Below, piece after piece: positions 26,515 to 42,504 of a stretch of 64,000 bases of DNA; the stretch's first letter is position 1; each line of letters starts with the position of its first letter. Below the pieces are notes generated by a model. The model did no database searches. It worked only from the letters and a program-made list of their open reading frames with translations, and was not told the DNA's origin. Source of the DNA: Paramecium tetraurelia (taxonomy: Eukaryota); the NCBI GenBank assembly GCA_000165425.1, contig CT868030.1, positions 558,001 to 622,000 of the forward strand. The letters run 5' to 3'. Both the position numbers and the translations under genes were made by a program.

Positions 26515-28967
26515 ATGTTAAATTATACTTAATCTGAAGAAGAAATAAACCATCCTTAATATAGAACAAGGGTTAGATACAGGTAATACATTGTATAAAT
26601 CTAAGGGATAATGCAATTTCTCGAGATTTGAGTGGAAAACTGGATGTAACTTGTTTTTTAATGGTTGTGGAAATTTAGCGCTTGGTTGCGGAGAACACAG
26701 AATTAAAAGTTCAAATTAAATAGCATCATGACAGTGGACTCGATAGAATTAATTATGAGATGTAAATAAGAGACTTAATGGAGAAACTTTAACGATTGCA
26801 ACAGTATGGAATATGATTAAGCTTAGAGACAACTAGTTGATCGTGACTGACAATGAGAGATTGAGAAAACTTATATAGGACCTCGAAGTCTCCTTATCGA
26901 AATATGAGATCTAATTTAGAGATTATGATCCAAATTGGAAGAAGGAATTGGAAAATTAAAAAAAACAGCTACTATAATTATAAAAAAAGATAGGAGATGA
27001 AGATATAGGTAATGTTGAAATTTTCAAATTTTAGATGATTTGAAAGCTCAATTAAACCAAATGAAACGAAAACTAAATGATTATGATAGATAATTTGATG
27101 GCAAGAATCCAGATGAACTTTAGAGAATGCTTGATGAATTGAGAAGAAAGGCTAAATTATACGATGAGTTGTAAAATAAATTAGGAGGCATAAATCCAGA
27201 TATTCTTGCTAAAAAACTAAAGGACCTTGAGAAATTATAAAAGCAATTTGGAGGGAGTCCAGAAGATTTGTTGAAAGTATAAATATTATTTATGAATTAA
27301 AAAGGAATTAGAAAAATTAAGGAAAAAAGCTAAAGAAGCAGATGAATTGAAGAAGGAATTAGATAGGTAATAAAGAGAGAATGATAAATAAAGGGGTGAT
27401 CTTGGAATGCTGGATGATCTATAGGTAATTATATTTAAAATAAACCAAATAGAAAACAAGTCAGGACTTGTAATTTGCTAATGGATAGTTAAATTAATAA
27501 TTAAATGATCTTAGAAATAAACTGAAGGATTTAGAAGGAATTAAAAATGAATTAAATTAATTAAGAGACTCAACAAAGAAAAAGGATTAAGAAATTGCAA
27601 GTTTAAAAATGCAATTAAATGACGCTTAAAAATAAATCTCAGATTTATAGAAATAAGTGTAGGATTAAACACGATTATTAAATGAAATTCAATACAAATA
27701 CAGATAAGCAGAATAAGACAAAATGAAATTATAAAAAGATTTATAAAATTGTTTAGAAGAGTTAGATTCTGCTGATGGATAAAAAGATGTTGCTGAATAA
27801 TTAAAAGATGATAATGAAAAATTAAACTAGGAAGTTGATTAATTACATGAGGAAAATGATAAATTATAGAATGAAAACGAAGATCTCAAGAATAGACTAA
27901 ATGATCTTTTAAGGTAAATTTAGGATAAGGATAATAAACTAAAAGATTTATAAACTGATTTAAACAAGAAAAACCAAGAGTTAAAAGATTTTAGTAATAA
28001 ATTAAAAGAAGCTAATGATAAGATATAATGGATTAAGAATGAATTTGGATTAACTGATGATGATCTAGACCCAAAGAAAAGAAAATCTAATAAGAATAAC
28101 TAAGAAACCAGATTATTTGCAAACATTTAACCTTCTAATATGCTGATAAACTACTTATTACTTTCAACTGAAAATGAAAGATTGGGAATTATTATTGATA
28201 AACAATATGGATAAATTGAATCTCTTTAAAATTAAGTGAACGCTTATAAATAAAAAAACGAATAAATAACTTAGCAACTATAATAACAACTTATCCTATA
28301 GTCTCAAATGAAGATGGATAATGAAATCGAAAAGCTAAAGGAGTATTATGAAAATAAAATCGTAATGTTGACAATGGAACTAAGTAGATTAAGACAATAA
28401 TAAACATCTTCATATTAATCAATCTCAACTCTTTAAACAAGAATTACAAGTTAACCAAATGGTAAACTATATGATTCCACCACTATACAACCAAAAAGAG
28501 AAGAGGAATTACTTTCCTTGCTTGTGTTAATGGCTGCTGAAGTGCAGAATCTAAGGGATTAAAATAGTTCTTTGTTATTACGTTAAAATGATACTGAAAT
28601 AAATAAGGGATTACTGAGTAAGAGTTCTAATCGTGTCATTGTTGAATAATTGAATCTATACGAAGACCAAAGTAATTTAGAATAATCAAAAAATTATTTC
28701 ATAAATACCCATAAAGAGGCAAATAAAGAATATCAGGTCAATTATAAATATTCAACCTAAATTAAGAACAATACTTATAATGAATAATATTAAAATATAG
28801 TTTCCCCTGATGATAGAGTAAACTCTTTATAGGGGGACATTAGTTCTTAAAGATCTTATCAATATTAATCATAGATTCCATACAAATTTGATTAAAACTC
28901 ATAGCAATTAAATGGTAGTGGAGTATTGAAAGTGTAAAAATATGAGACTTCAAGATATGTAAATTGA
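26515..28967 (+). CDS. long coiled-coil protein, putatively cortical/cytoskeletal
   Basis: E/K/Q/L-rich heptads and several introns. Recurring motif: LMVVEIQRL, LLSTENERL, MLTMELSRL, LMAAEVQNL. Confidence 0.85.
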
Positions 28968-29012
28968 AGTATTATTTAATATCAATAATATATATTCGTT
29001 TTAATAAAAAGG

Positions 29013-29391
29013 ATGAAAAGCCTAGTTATGATAACTTTCATAATTACTCTATCTAACTGTCTCAACATAAGATAATGCAATCCTGCTATGTGTAAGGGTA
29101 CTGCAATGGAATGTATGGAGTCAACAGAATGGTATTAAGATTAGAATAATATATTAATATAGTGCTAAACAACTAACCTCTTGTTTAAAAGATTTAAGGT
29201 CACATATTGCCGAAGATAATTCCTATGAATCATTTGAGACATGTTTGAATAAGAGTTTTGCAGCAGGAAAACTCTTGGGTTGTGCAAAGACTCAATGTCC
29301 CAATTCTGCAGCTTAATTTGTTACCATGATATTCAACTCTGCCTAATCCTAGTCCTACATATCAATAGACTTCAAAAAGTCCATCATCTGA
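29013..29391 (+). CDS. small secreted cysteine-rich protein (115 aa)
   Basis: Signal peptide MKSLVMITFIITLSNC; intron 29132-29162; eight further Cys in the mature part. Confidence 0.8.
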
Positions 29392-29977
29392 TATAAAATC
29401 ATCAAAAATTTAATTAAAATACATATTCCTTTAATATTTAAATCCCTTCTCATATTTAACATCCAATTTATTATATCATTTAATTTCGATCAAATCAATA
29501 CTAATTATGCTTATTTTTAGTAGAAGAAAGAAGTTAACCAAATATTAACATTCTATAAATGAATTATAAAGCACTCTAAAAGATTAACAATTTAAATTAG
29601 ACCTTTTTTGCTTAGAATAAAAATATCATAGTAAAATATTGTGTTTATATAAAGATTTAGTGAATAGTTTAAATGTTCATAAAAGGAATCTATTGGTTTC
29701 TTCTTAATACCAAAATTTTTATTTAAAGAATTTCACTTTAACAAAGTAAATTAGTAATTTGTAATATAAATTGTATTTATTAAATCATTGCAAAATTAAG
29801 CTTAATCTTAATTTGATTTATATTTCCTAACTTTTCGAGCCAAATGAAGTTATTTGATTTAAATAACAATCATTTTTAATAAGATTTTATAGCAACTCTG
29901 AATATATTTACATCAAATTGAAAATCACAATAATTTATATAATTATGGGTTAAATTTGTATGAAAAGGGCTCGTGAA

Positions 29978-31448
29978 ATGGATTGTTTGGACAGCGAAAG
30001 AAACGAAGTGAGTTAATATGGTCTATCATTTAAGATTGATGAGAAATGTTGTTTGAAATAATCTGTTTAGTATATGTAAGGCAGATAAGAATAGAATATA
30101 AAATTGATGTAACCTGATTTATATCAAGAGCTTCAATAACAGATTGAGAAATACTAAAATAGTAATAAAGAAAGCTTATAAATCGTGATGAATGTAAAAT
30201 TACTTAATTAATCGAAGATTTTTCTATATTGTAATTTTAAAGATGATGATGTTAAAAGATGCTTTAATCTTCTAAAAACTAATAGTGATTACAAAGAAGA
30301 ACTGAAATTAATTGGAATTTACAGGGAGTCCTCTTTAAAATATCATAAAAAAGAGTTTTGTTCATTATGTTCTTAAGAAAATATGGAATGTTATAGCTTA
30401 AGATGTTAACATATTTTTTGTAAGGATTGCTGGCATTAAATGATAGATATTCAATTATCTGATTCTATACCTATAGTAAAATGTTTAGAATATTAATGCT
30501 TAGAAAGATTACCTCATTAATTTCTTGAACTTAATTAATTATACAAGGAAATATTGGTTAAGAGAATGTTGGACAACGATAGCAATTATACTTGGTGTCC
30601 AGGTATACTAGAATTATTATATTAAAGGACTTAATTGTTAAAACATATATAAATTAGAGGGACTTGCATTAAATTTCAAGTGTCATTGTGGTGTAAGGTT
30701 TTGTTCTAAGTGTAAAGTAGATACACATTATCCAATCCCCTGTGAAACTTTGAAGGAAATAACATAATACAAGGAATCAAATTAATCTTGGACAGTATTG
30801 GATATTTCTGTGTGTCCTTTTTGTAGTAGGAATATCCAGAGAATTTAAGGCTGTATTTAGATGTCATGCGTTTGTGGAAATGACTTTTGTAATAAGTGTT
30901 CATAGCCTTGGAATAAAGAACATGGATAAGACTATGTTAATTGTTCTTTTGCATCCTATAACAAAAACCCATCTTAAATATTGAACTAAATGAGACAAAA
31001 TGAATCAGCTTTAACAAAGGATATCTTCCAATTAGAGAATTACTAATAATAACTCAATAAATAGAATTAGGATTATTAGAGACATCGACTTTAAATGAGC
31101 CTGCGTAATTTAATAAAATTTAAGAAGTTCTAGAAAATGTAATAATTTATTAAACTATTAAGTGTTTTATATTTTACATATTATTTGAATGAAAAATTTA
31201 ATGATAATAGTTTAGATCAATATTATGATAAATTTTAATTAGAAATAAATAACTATTAAAGAAATTTGTTAAATCAATTATAAGGGGTACTTTTTAATGA
31301 GCAAGAAGTCAAAAACAATGATAAGATTAATTTCAACGAATTTGTAAATTTAGTTTATCAGATGGATTAGAAGTTGAAAGTCTAAAGACATTGTTTTAAA
31401 AAATAGATCATTGAATTATTGCAAGAGAAACAATAGCAAATATAATGA
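29978..31448 (+). CDS. RBR (RING1-IBR-RING2) E3 ubiquitin ligase, Ariadne-like
   Basis: RING1 CSLC..CQHIFCKDCW; IBR WCPGLNC..CHCGVRFCSKC..HYPIPC; RING2 CPFC..GCIQMSCVCGNDFCNKC. Confidence 0.9.
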
Positions 31449-31793
31449 CTTAATATTATTATTATGAGAATCTTTGAGAATTGTATTACTTATTGAAATC
31501 AATAAAATCCTGTTTTTATATTTTCTATCTGAATAAAGGCATTAATTTATAGTTTGTAAGAGCATTAAAGTAGTGTATTAATTTTTGATAAAAATGTTTA
31601 ATATTGAATATTATAAAACTTATAATCAAAAAAAGTAAAACCGATAATTAATAAATCCTGCAAATCAACAATTAGTGATCAACATTATTAATTCTGAGTT
31701 ACAGGTGCAAGATCAATTAAGTATAACTTAAAGTTGATTATTAATGTTGACATTGAAATACTGAATATAATTATATTTAAATTAATATAAAAT

Positions 31794-34490
<2,697 letters not shown>

Positions 34491-34668
34491 TCATTTTCTT
34501 ATTCCATTTTTTGACCAAAACAATTATGTCAAAATATAATTATTCAGACTTATTTCTTATCTACTTATAATTGATTAAAATTATTAATATAGATAGGTAG
34601 GTAGGTAGGAAGAGTTGTGATAAAATACATTTTATTTATTTTAATTCTCAAAAAGTGGAATAAATTAA

Positions 34669-35520
34669 ATGCAAATTGAATCTGCTATGTAAATAGTTGA
34701 AGTATTATTTTATATTAAATAAATGAAATTATTTTTAAATATTCAATAGGATGTTTCTAGATATGCTGATATTTCTCATATATACGATACAGTCTAAAAA
34801 AAAGGATATTTGAATTAAATTGTGAAAGTATTTGAACATACCTTTACTGCTGAAATCAATTTTGCTTAATAAAGTAATATCATGTTATAATTTAAGGATT
34901 AAAAGAAGTTATAAATGTAATGGAGAAGTAGGGCTAGAAGATAGAATTCAATGTGTAGTTAAATAGAAATCTGACAATATTCAAATAAAACTTTGACTTG
35001 ATTGTTACAACCACAATAAATTAAATTTGGAATAGACTCATCAATGAACTCGGTTTTTCTAATTATGAATAATAATTGTAAACATCCAATATTGAATTAT
35101 TACAATCAGCTAAGAAGATATAAGATATGACTAAACAATCTGTTTCAGAATTTTAAAAATTCGCATCAAATCAATCAATTTTCAGCAGATCCCCTAGTAA
35201 AATGTCTTCTAAGATGATACCATTTAGTGAAATGTCTTTTTAGTCAATTGGCTCTCCTACTACTTTTGCAAAAGCCTAACGACAATTAGATAATAGTTTG
35301 ACTACAAGTTCCCCAGGGGTTGGGAAATACTAAGTAGATCAAAGCGAAAAATGTAAGAATAATAAGAAAATTAGTAATTAGAGAGACCTCCCCAAATGCC
35401 ACCATTGGAAGAGCTGCTAAAATAAGTTGGATAGATGAAAAATTAAAGAAGGAAGACTCTTAATCCCCTGGCCCTATATATAATCCTGTAAAAACATTTT
35501 GCTCTAAAAAGATATAATGA
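34669..35520 (+). CDS. hypothetical protein with C-terminal SHIPPO-like SPG(V/P) repeats
   Basis: Motifs SSPGVGKY and SPGPIYNP; ends FCSKKIQ*. The start could alternatively be ATG 34723. Confidence 0.7.
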
Positions 35521-35530
35521 AAAATCAATA

Positions 35531-37369
35531 TCATCCCCATAATTCTGTTATTAGCTATTATTTTTATTCTAACTCGCTTATCTTTTTAAATGCCAAATAA
35601 GGTGCAATATTTTCTATCTGCTTGTACATATCTTGTATTCTATTTGTGATATCTCTACCCATTTATGAGGATCCACAAATATAGATTATTCCTTCCATAG
35701 TCAAATGGGAATGTATTTAATTTAAATCCATAATATCTGTCACATATTATTTTACTTCTTTTCTTGAAAAAGCCACTTTCAAATTACTCAAAGTACCATT
35801 CTTCTCATAGTTTTTAAGTTCATCCTCAAAAAAATATTCATCTTCAGTTCTACAGCCAAATAATAACTCCATTTTTCCTTAGAAAGGAGACCAATCTATG
35901 CTATTTTCTTCTAAATAGTAATCTCTTTCTTAGATCAAAGCTCTCATCGGTGCCAATCCTGCTCCTGGTCCTATTAATAACACAGGGACCTTAGGGTCTT
36001 TAGGGAAGATAAATTTTGAATCTGAAAGATACCCTTTTACTATAGATCCTTTTTTTAGGCCTGAGAAGTATTAACTGCAAAGTCCAAGTCTTTTTTCATG
36101 CAAAACTAGTTAACTTGCTAAAATATGAATATTTTTTGGATATTTCATATTGCTTGATGCTATAGTGAAGAATCTAGGAGTAATTAGTGGACAGATTTCC
36201 AATAATTATTCAATAGATAAATTGCGTATATTGTATTTTTTTATAACAGTAAGCAAGCTTTCTCTCTTTTTTTGGAAATTCTCTAGATAGAAATCTCTAC
36301 CTTCAAACGATGAAGCTTTCAATAACTCTTCTTTGCTTTATACATTGATTGCTAAATTGGATAATTCCATTAATTGCTTTTTGGTTATCAATCCAGTAAA
36401 ATCACAATATCTAAGTTTATGAATGTTTCAATACTTTCGTAAATAATTTTAGATTGATATCGGATTTGGGAAGGGATGTTTAGATGATGTAATAATTTCA
36501 AACTTCATGTTTTTATCAAGTCTAAGTTAGTGACATAATTCGTTGATATCTTGACTAAAAATAAAATAAAAATATTACTCTGAGTTCTATGGATAGATAG
36601 CAATATTGCTAGCTGTTTTATAATTGATATTATCAGCAATAAGATCAATAAATAAAGTAGAGTTTCCCAGTGTTGGTTTCTTTTTTAGTTCTTTTATTTC
36701 ATTGATAATAAAGGTATTACTAGATTTATATTTTTATGCCTAATAATCTAAATTTTCAAGATTTTCATTTTCTGGTTCATTTGTATATTTGATCTTTTAA
36801 ATTGATTATTCGAACTTTTTTGGATCACATGTCTATGCTGGATAGGTTTAAATCAGTGTTTATTCTACTCCTGTGTTTATCCAATTTTGGTAATCATTTT
36901 CAGTTGTATTTTCAGCTGCATTACCTTTCCCTAAAGCAAATAGCCTTTTTGCTCCTAGCTCCTCCAACCTTTTATCTAGTCTAATTCCAAATTAGCAATA
37001 ATTCTCATGATTAGTGTTTCCAAGTGCAAATACTATATATGACATAGATTTAAATTCATCATTCTTTCTTTCGCTTGAAAAAATCCAAGAATTGAATTTT
37101 TAAGCATCAGAGGAGGAGGATCCCACTCCATAGGTCGAGACAAAAAACACTGCCAGCTTCTATTAACTTATTTAATCAGGTTCAAATTCACTAAGATTAA
37201 TTACTAAATTTTAGATAACATCCTTACCCTTAGGAAGAAAGTTCAATTTTCTTGTTTGACTAGCAAATTAGAAGGCCAACCGACTCGAGTTACCTGATGT
37301 AGTACCATAGTAAATGTAAATTAAGCCTCTGGACTCAAAAAATGAAGCAGATGATTAACCACAACCCAT
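35531..37369 (-). CDS. diflavin (FMN/FAD) NADPH oxidoreductase, cytochrome P450 reductase-like
   Basis: Flavodoxin YYGTTSGNS, STYGVG, VFALGN; FAD motif PRFFTIASS; NADPH domain GPGAGLAPMR, YFGCR, IYICGS; ends ITELWG*. Confidence 0.9.
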
Positions 37370-37457
37370 TTTTAAATTAAGATTTTCAAATAAATTTAAT
37401 CGAACAATATTATTCGCTTATGTACTAATTTTTATTAATATAATTTAACGTAATTTA

Positions 37458-38180
37458 ATGAGTGCACTTATCCTTTCATATCCAAAATAGCAAGCCATGT
37501 ACAATCCTGAAAAGCCAGCCATACTGCTTGAAGGAAATACTCAATAATCCAATAAAGAAGTCAAATAATCGCATTAACTAAATGTGGTTGATAGACTATA
37601 TTAATAAGATGAAAAAAAGAAGACTAAAATCAAATTATTATAACAAGAAAAAGATAGTTCCCTGACTCCTAAATAGAAATCATATGTCAATAAACAGTCA
37701 CAGAAACTTTTAAATAATTTGCAGTTAAAGCCATTCTTGCAACGATAGGAGGAAGTATGGTAAGAGAAAAGGATGAAAGAGGAATTTTAAAAACTATTAG
37801 TAGTTCAAGAGGAAGAACAAATACAAAAAAACATAATCATTCCTACAAGATCTCTTTCTTAGTTTATAAAGGATTCCTAAAATTGGGTTTAGTATAAAGA
37901 ATAGAAAAAATAACATCTCCTTGAAGAAAGAAAAATCCAAAATGAACACTCATTTAAACCTGCATTAAATCCAAAATCGTTGCAGATTGCAGAAGAAAAA
38001 ATGAAAAAAAGTGGTTTAAACTAAGTTGATTAAAAGGATCGATTATCTATGCCTAAAAGAGACAGCATACCTAACTAAAAGGAAAATTACAATCATAGTC
38101 CTTGTATAAATCCAAAATCAAGGATGATAGTAGAAAAAAACAAATAACAAAGAAGCAAGTCTCCTTGGAATCGGAAATGA
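37458..38180 (+). CDS. hypothetical coiled-coil protein with (F/S)xPx(L/I)NPKS repeats, possibly microtubule-associated
   Basis: 723-nt intronless ORF. Motifs VVDRLY, HSFKPALNPKS, HSPCINPKS. Confidence 0.7.
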
Positions 38181-38403
38181 TTCCATAAATCATTTTTACT
38201 TTTATTTTATAAATCTCATGATATCAATAATTATTATTATAGAGATTGTTAGAATATATTAAAAGAGTATTACATTTATTTCTTAAAATAAATAATTAAA
38301 GAAATGAATACATTATTCTTTGTTAAAATTTTGTTAATACTTTTGAATATTTTTTGAATAAATTACTTAAGTATTTAACATTTGAGTATAAATAAATAAA
38401 TTA

Positions 38404-39893
38404 ATGAATAATTTATTGGCTATCCTGCTAATTACATTAAGTGTAATAAATGCATTTGAATTGGATGTATATAGAATGGTTGGCATTGAATAAGATCAAT
38501 TTTGGAGTGGAAGCAAAATAGCTTCTTTCTAATTGCTCACTACTCATTGGTCAGAATTATCATAAAGAAAAGTGGCATTAATTAAATTTTCAGAAATAAA
38601 TGCTAATTCAATTTCTGAATTACTTACAAACAAACCAAATGGTGTTTTGATAATTCTGGATCAATAGTCTCAAGATAACGAAGCCTAAATTTGGGACCTA
38701 ATCACAAATAATTTGGGTATTTAAATTAGTGAATGTAGGTCCTAAGGGAGCAACAATCTCCATTTATTTCACTTATGAATCTGAGAATATTAATAATCAC
38801 TATAAGGAAATTCAAAGTTAAACAGAATAAGAATATTAATTGTAGGTCACTAGTGTGGATCAAAAATAAGTGTTAACTTTAGAGGACTCATATGTAAATT
38901 AAATATCTAAAATATTAGAATTTATTAGAAAGCATATCTAACTTTAAGTAAAACAATCCATCTACTTTAATTGTGTTAGGAATTGATGAAAATGTACCAT
39001 CAGCTGAAATAACTATACCAATAGATAGGTTTGGAATTCAATCATCCATCTTCTTTAAGATAGCTAGAGAGTTCAAGTATTAACAAAGATTGAAGTATAT
39101 ATCATTGTAATTAAATTAGTCGAAATATAATCTTTTATATTTCAACTTCCTCATCCTTAGGTGAATATGGCCTAAAGCAATTCTATAAGAAATAGGAATA
39201 TCAAAGAATCCTATCTACTATAGACACAATAATAATCTTCGATTAAATTAGATAAAATGAAAAACTACACATTGAAGTCAGCCCTTAACTTTTAAATTAA
39301 GTTTAAGCATTATTGACTGAAAGCGATGCGACATTCGAGGAAGCTGAAACTACAAACATTTAAAATAAAGAAATAGACACCATCAGAATATATACTCAAA
39401 AATAATTATAAATATTGACTAAATAAAATTCGACAAAAGTGCAAGACAATTAATTACAAATACTCAATTTAGTCAGTTAATTGATTGACGACAAACCTTA
39501 TGAACAATAACATTAGGATCAATTGTTTGATGAGGCATTGAGTTAATTTATTAATACACCTAATAGACATCCAGCTAATCTGTAAAAGGACTCTAAATTC
39601 ATTAATGATTTCAACTCTGTAAATTTTTTATATTATACAATAGTTACTAAGATAATTATTTAAACATACAACTAAAATGCAGTATGTGGTGAAGGATAGG
39701 AAATTCTTTACATCATCTCAGTTAAAAGCATAAATTATTAAGTTTTATTCAGCATTTATTGATTTGTACCTCATCTTAGGTGTGGGTGCATGGTTAGTAG
39801 TTATTTATGCAATAACAAAAGTAAATATTATATTAATTTTAGTATGTTCCATTATTTAGTGTTGAATAGAATGCTAATAAAAAAAGAAAGTGA
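38404..39893 (+). CDS. NCLN: nicalin-like ER type I membrane protein
   Basis: Signal peptide then AFELDVYRM...GS (nicalin-like N-terminus); C-terminal TM SAFIDLYLILGVGAWLVVIY; terminal KKRK ER-retrieval signal. Confidence 0.7.
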
Positions 39894-39943
39894 TTTATTT
39901 ATCGATGTAAATAAATTTTATTTGTTATAATTTTATTAAAAAA

Positions 39944-41162
39944 ATGGGAAATCTCTAAACTCTGATAAATTACCATGCACCTTTAAACTACGCCTAAGAT
40001 TTAAGCGAATAGATTATAGATTAAGGAATGCTGGAACACCCAGGCTTAGGTTCAATTTAACTGTGGAAAATCAAGGAAACCAATTTACCTCTGCTATTTT
40101 CATTTGTAAAATATTGAGCTACTTTTTAGCATGTCCATATATTTGAAAAAGACTCATCAATTATTGATATCCATAATTTTCGCAGCTCACTCCAACATCC
40201 TAATTTGATTGAGTATTTTGCCTGTACTAGTTCAAAGGCACTAAATATTGGCAAAGTCTAATCTTAACAATTCTTTTTTGCTTACTACTAAAAGACTTTA
40301 AAGGAACATATTTAATCAACCGCCATGACTGAGGTCCAAATTTGGAAGGTAACAAAAATATACTATTTTCATAGATAATCGAACAAATAGTGGATGTTAT
40401 GGTATTCTTGTAAAGAAAGAATAGATATCATGGGAATATCAACTCATAATCAATATTCATAACTGATAATCTTCATATCAAATTATTAGATAAGATAGGG
40501 CAAAACCCTAATCGAAACTCAATAAAAGATGATGTGTATGATTTAGGAATTCTTGTAATTGAACTCTTAACCAAAAGAAGTAATTTATGCATAATACTCT
40601 AGCAAATTAATTAAATTTTATTTAATAAATAAAAAATTTATATGGAAAATTCACTTTATAACTATTATAATTGGTTGCAAAAATGATAGATGAAAATCCT
40701 GATAAGCGACCAGACTTTAATTAGATCTAAAGTATGGTTACAAACAGATTCAAAGAACCAATATCTTTGAATAATTTAGAAAAAAATGCATATCAAAATA
40801 AATTGGCTTCAAGAATTTCAACTTAGGGGTAGTTGTAAAATGATAAAATGAAATCTACTCAGGATTAGTCTCTTCTAAGAAGTCAATATCCTTATTTGAT
40901 GTCTTAAAAATCTGTCATTAATTCAACAATTTTAAGATGCGATACCAATCAAAATTTACAGGATAGCCAATCAAATAATGCATCTCCTTCTAATTTAAAT
41001 AATCAATTTTTAACGCCACGTAAAATCTTATCAGGTTAGAAACCGCTATACTCTACTACTGCCTATAGAGGAAGTCCTTAAAGTATTAATTCACTTCAAT
41101 ATTTAGACTAAAGATACTTAGATAATTAGATCACTCCAAGGAATTTAGAATTTAATCTTTGA
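39944..41162 (+). CDS. protein kinase-like (pseudokinase) protein
   Basis: LQHPNLIEY, RYHGNINSQSIFI, IKLLDKI, DDVYDLGILVIELL, MIDENPDKRPDF. HRD is replaced by HGN and there is no DFG. Confidence 0.8.
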
Positions 41163-41318
41163 ATTGATGAAATTATTATTCTAAATTTTAATTATTCACT
41201 AACCCCAATCTTTAATTTTTTACATATGAAATTTAATTAAAATTTAATAATTACTCTGAAAAAAATAAAGTAATTCTAATTTTCATGTGTTAAAAAAAAT
41301 AATTAATATATAAATTTT

Positions 41319-42254
41319 ATGACAACATAATCTGGCCCATTTTCTACTCCTGCTTTTATTATTAAGCTCTACGATATTTTGGACGAATAGGTAGACACAA
41401 TGCATTGATATAAGAATTAGGTGTAATTTAACTAAATTATCAAATGGAGCGACGATGGAGAGTATTTTATTGTTTTATAACCTAAATTGATGGAGAATGA
41501 AATCTTATTGCAATACTTCAAACACAATCATTATTAATCCTTTCTAAGGTAACTCAACATGTATGAATTTATCAAAGCCAGAAACTCAGAAAATTATGAG
41601 ATATTTAGTCATCCCTTCTTCAAAAGAGGCAATAAGTAATGATAATATTGATGTTGTAGGAAACAATTGTCCTTGATCAAACGTAATCCTATTAAAACCA
41701 AATGCAAAGTCAAGAAAGAATTGAAGTCAGCTGTAAAGTAATATGATTTTTAAAAATAAATGGATTCAGAATTGTTATTTTTAAAATAAAGATAAACTAA
41801 ATTTGAAACCCAATTTTAAGAAATAATCTCACAAAATGAATAAATTATGGATCAGCACAAACAAATTTGGCAAGAACTAAGCAATTCCAAAAAAACACTT
41901 GATGTTAAAATTGATAGAATAAGTTATTTACTTAGCTTCATAATCCAACAATAAGGAATCAATAACCAGGACTCCATAGAAATGCTAAACTAGATCTAGT
42001 GTAAACCAAAACAAGAATATTAACCGGTGGAATCATTGTCTCCACTATTAAAAATGATGCAAAATCAAATGACATGGAACTTGAAAGTACCCACTTAGTT
42101 GGGCACCTTTAGTCCCGTATATAATGATTAAGGTATGATATATCAATGATATCTCAAATATTTAGCCTATTCACCTCTAGCCATAAGGAGCTAAGAAAGT
42201 CTTGATAGTTACTAAAGTTTAAGTCCCTTCTACTAATAATTCAAAGACTAGTGA
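41319..42254 (+). CDS. HSF: heat shock factor-type DNA-binding protein
   Basis: PAFIIKLYDIL, IIKWSDDGEYFIV, YFKHNHYQSFLRQLNMYEF, FSHPFFKRG, followed by a coiled coil. Confidence 0.92.
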
Positions 42255-42504
42255 TCATATAACATAACTTTATTAATTAATGATTAAATATCCATCAAAA
42301 AAAAGTTCATATAAATGTATATATGTACGTAGTGTTTATCAATTTGTATGGTCCTAATTGAATATATTTAAGAGCAATTCATATTTATAGTGAGTTGATA
42401 GAGTCAGTTTTAATAAGAATGTCTCTACACTTTGATAAGTTGAAAGATTTTAATAATTACTATTATTTCTGTATAAATAAATCAGTAATAATAAAATTAT
42501 TTTA

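Noticed and set aside
34590..34610. Short (TAGG)n/(TAGA)n repeat
   Set aside because: Only a few units; not the T2G4/T3G3 telomeric repeat and too short to be meaningful.
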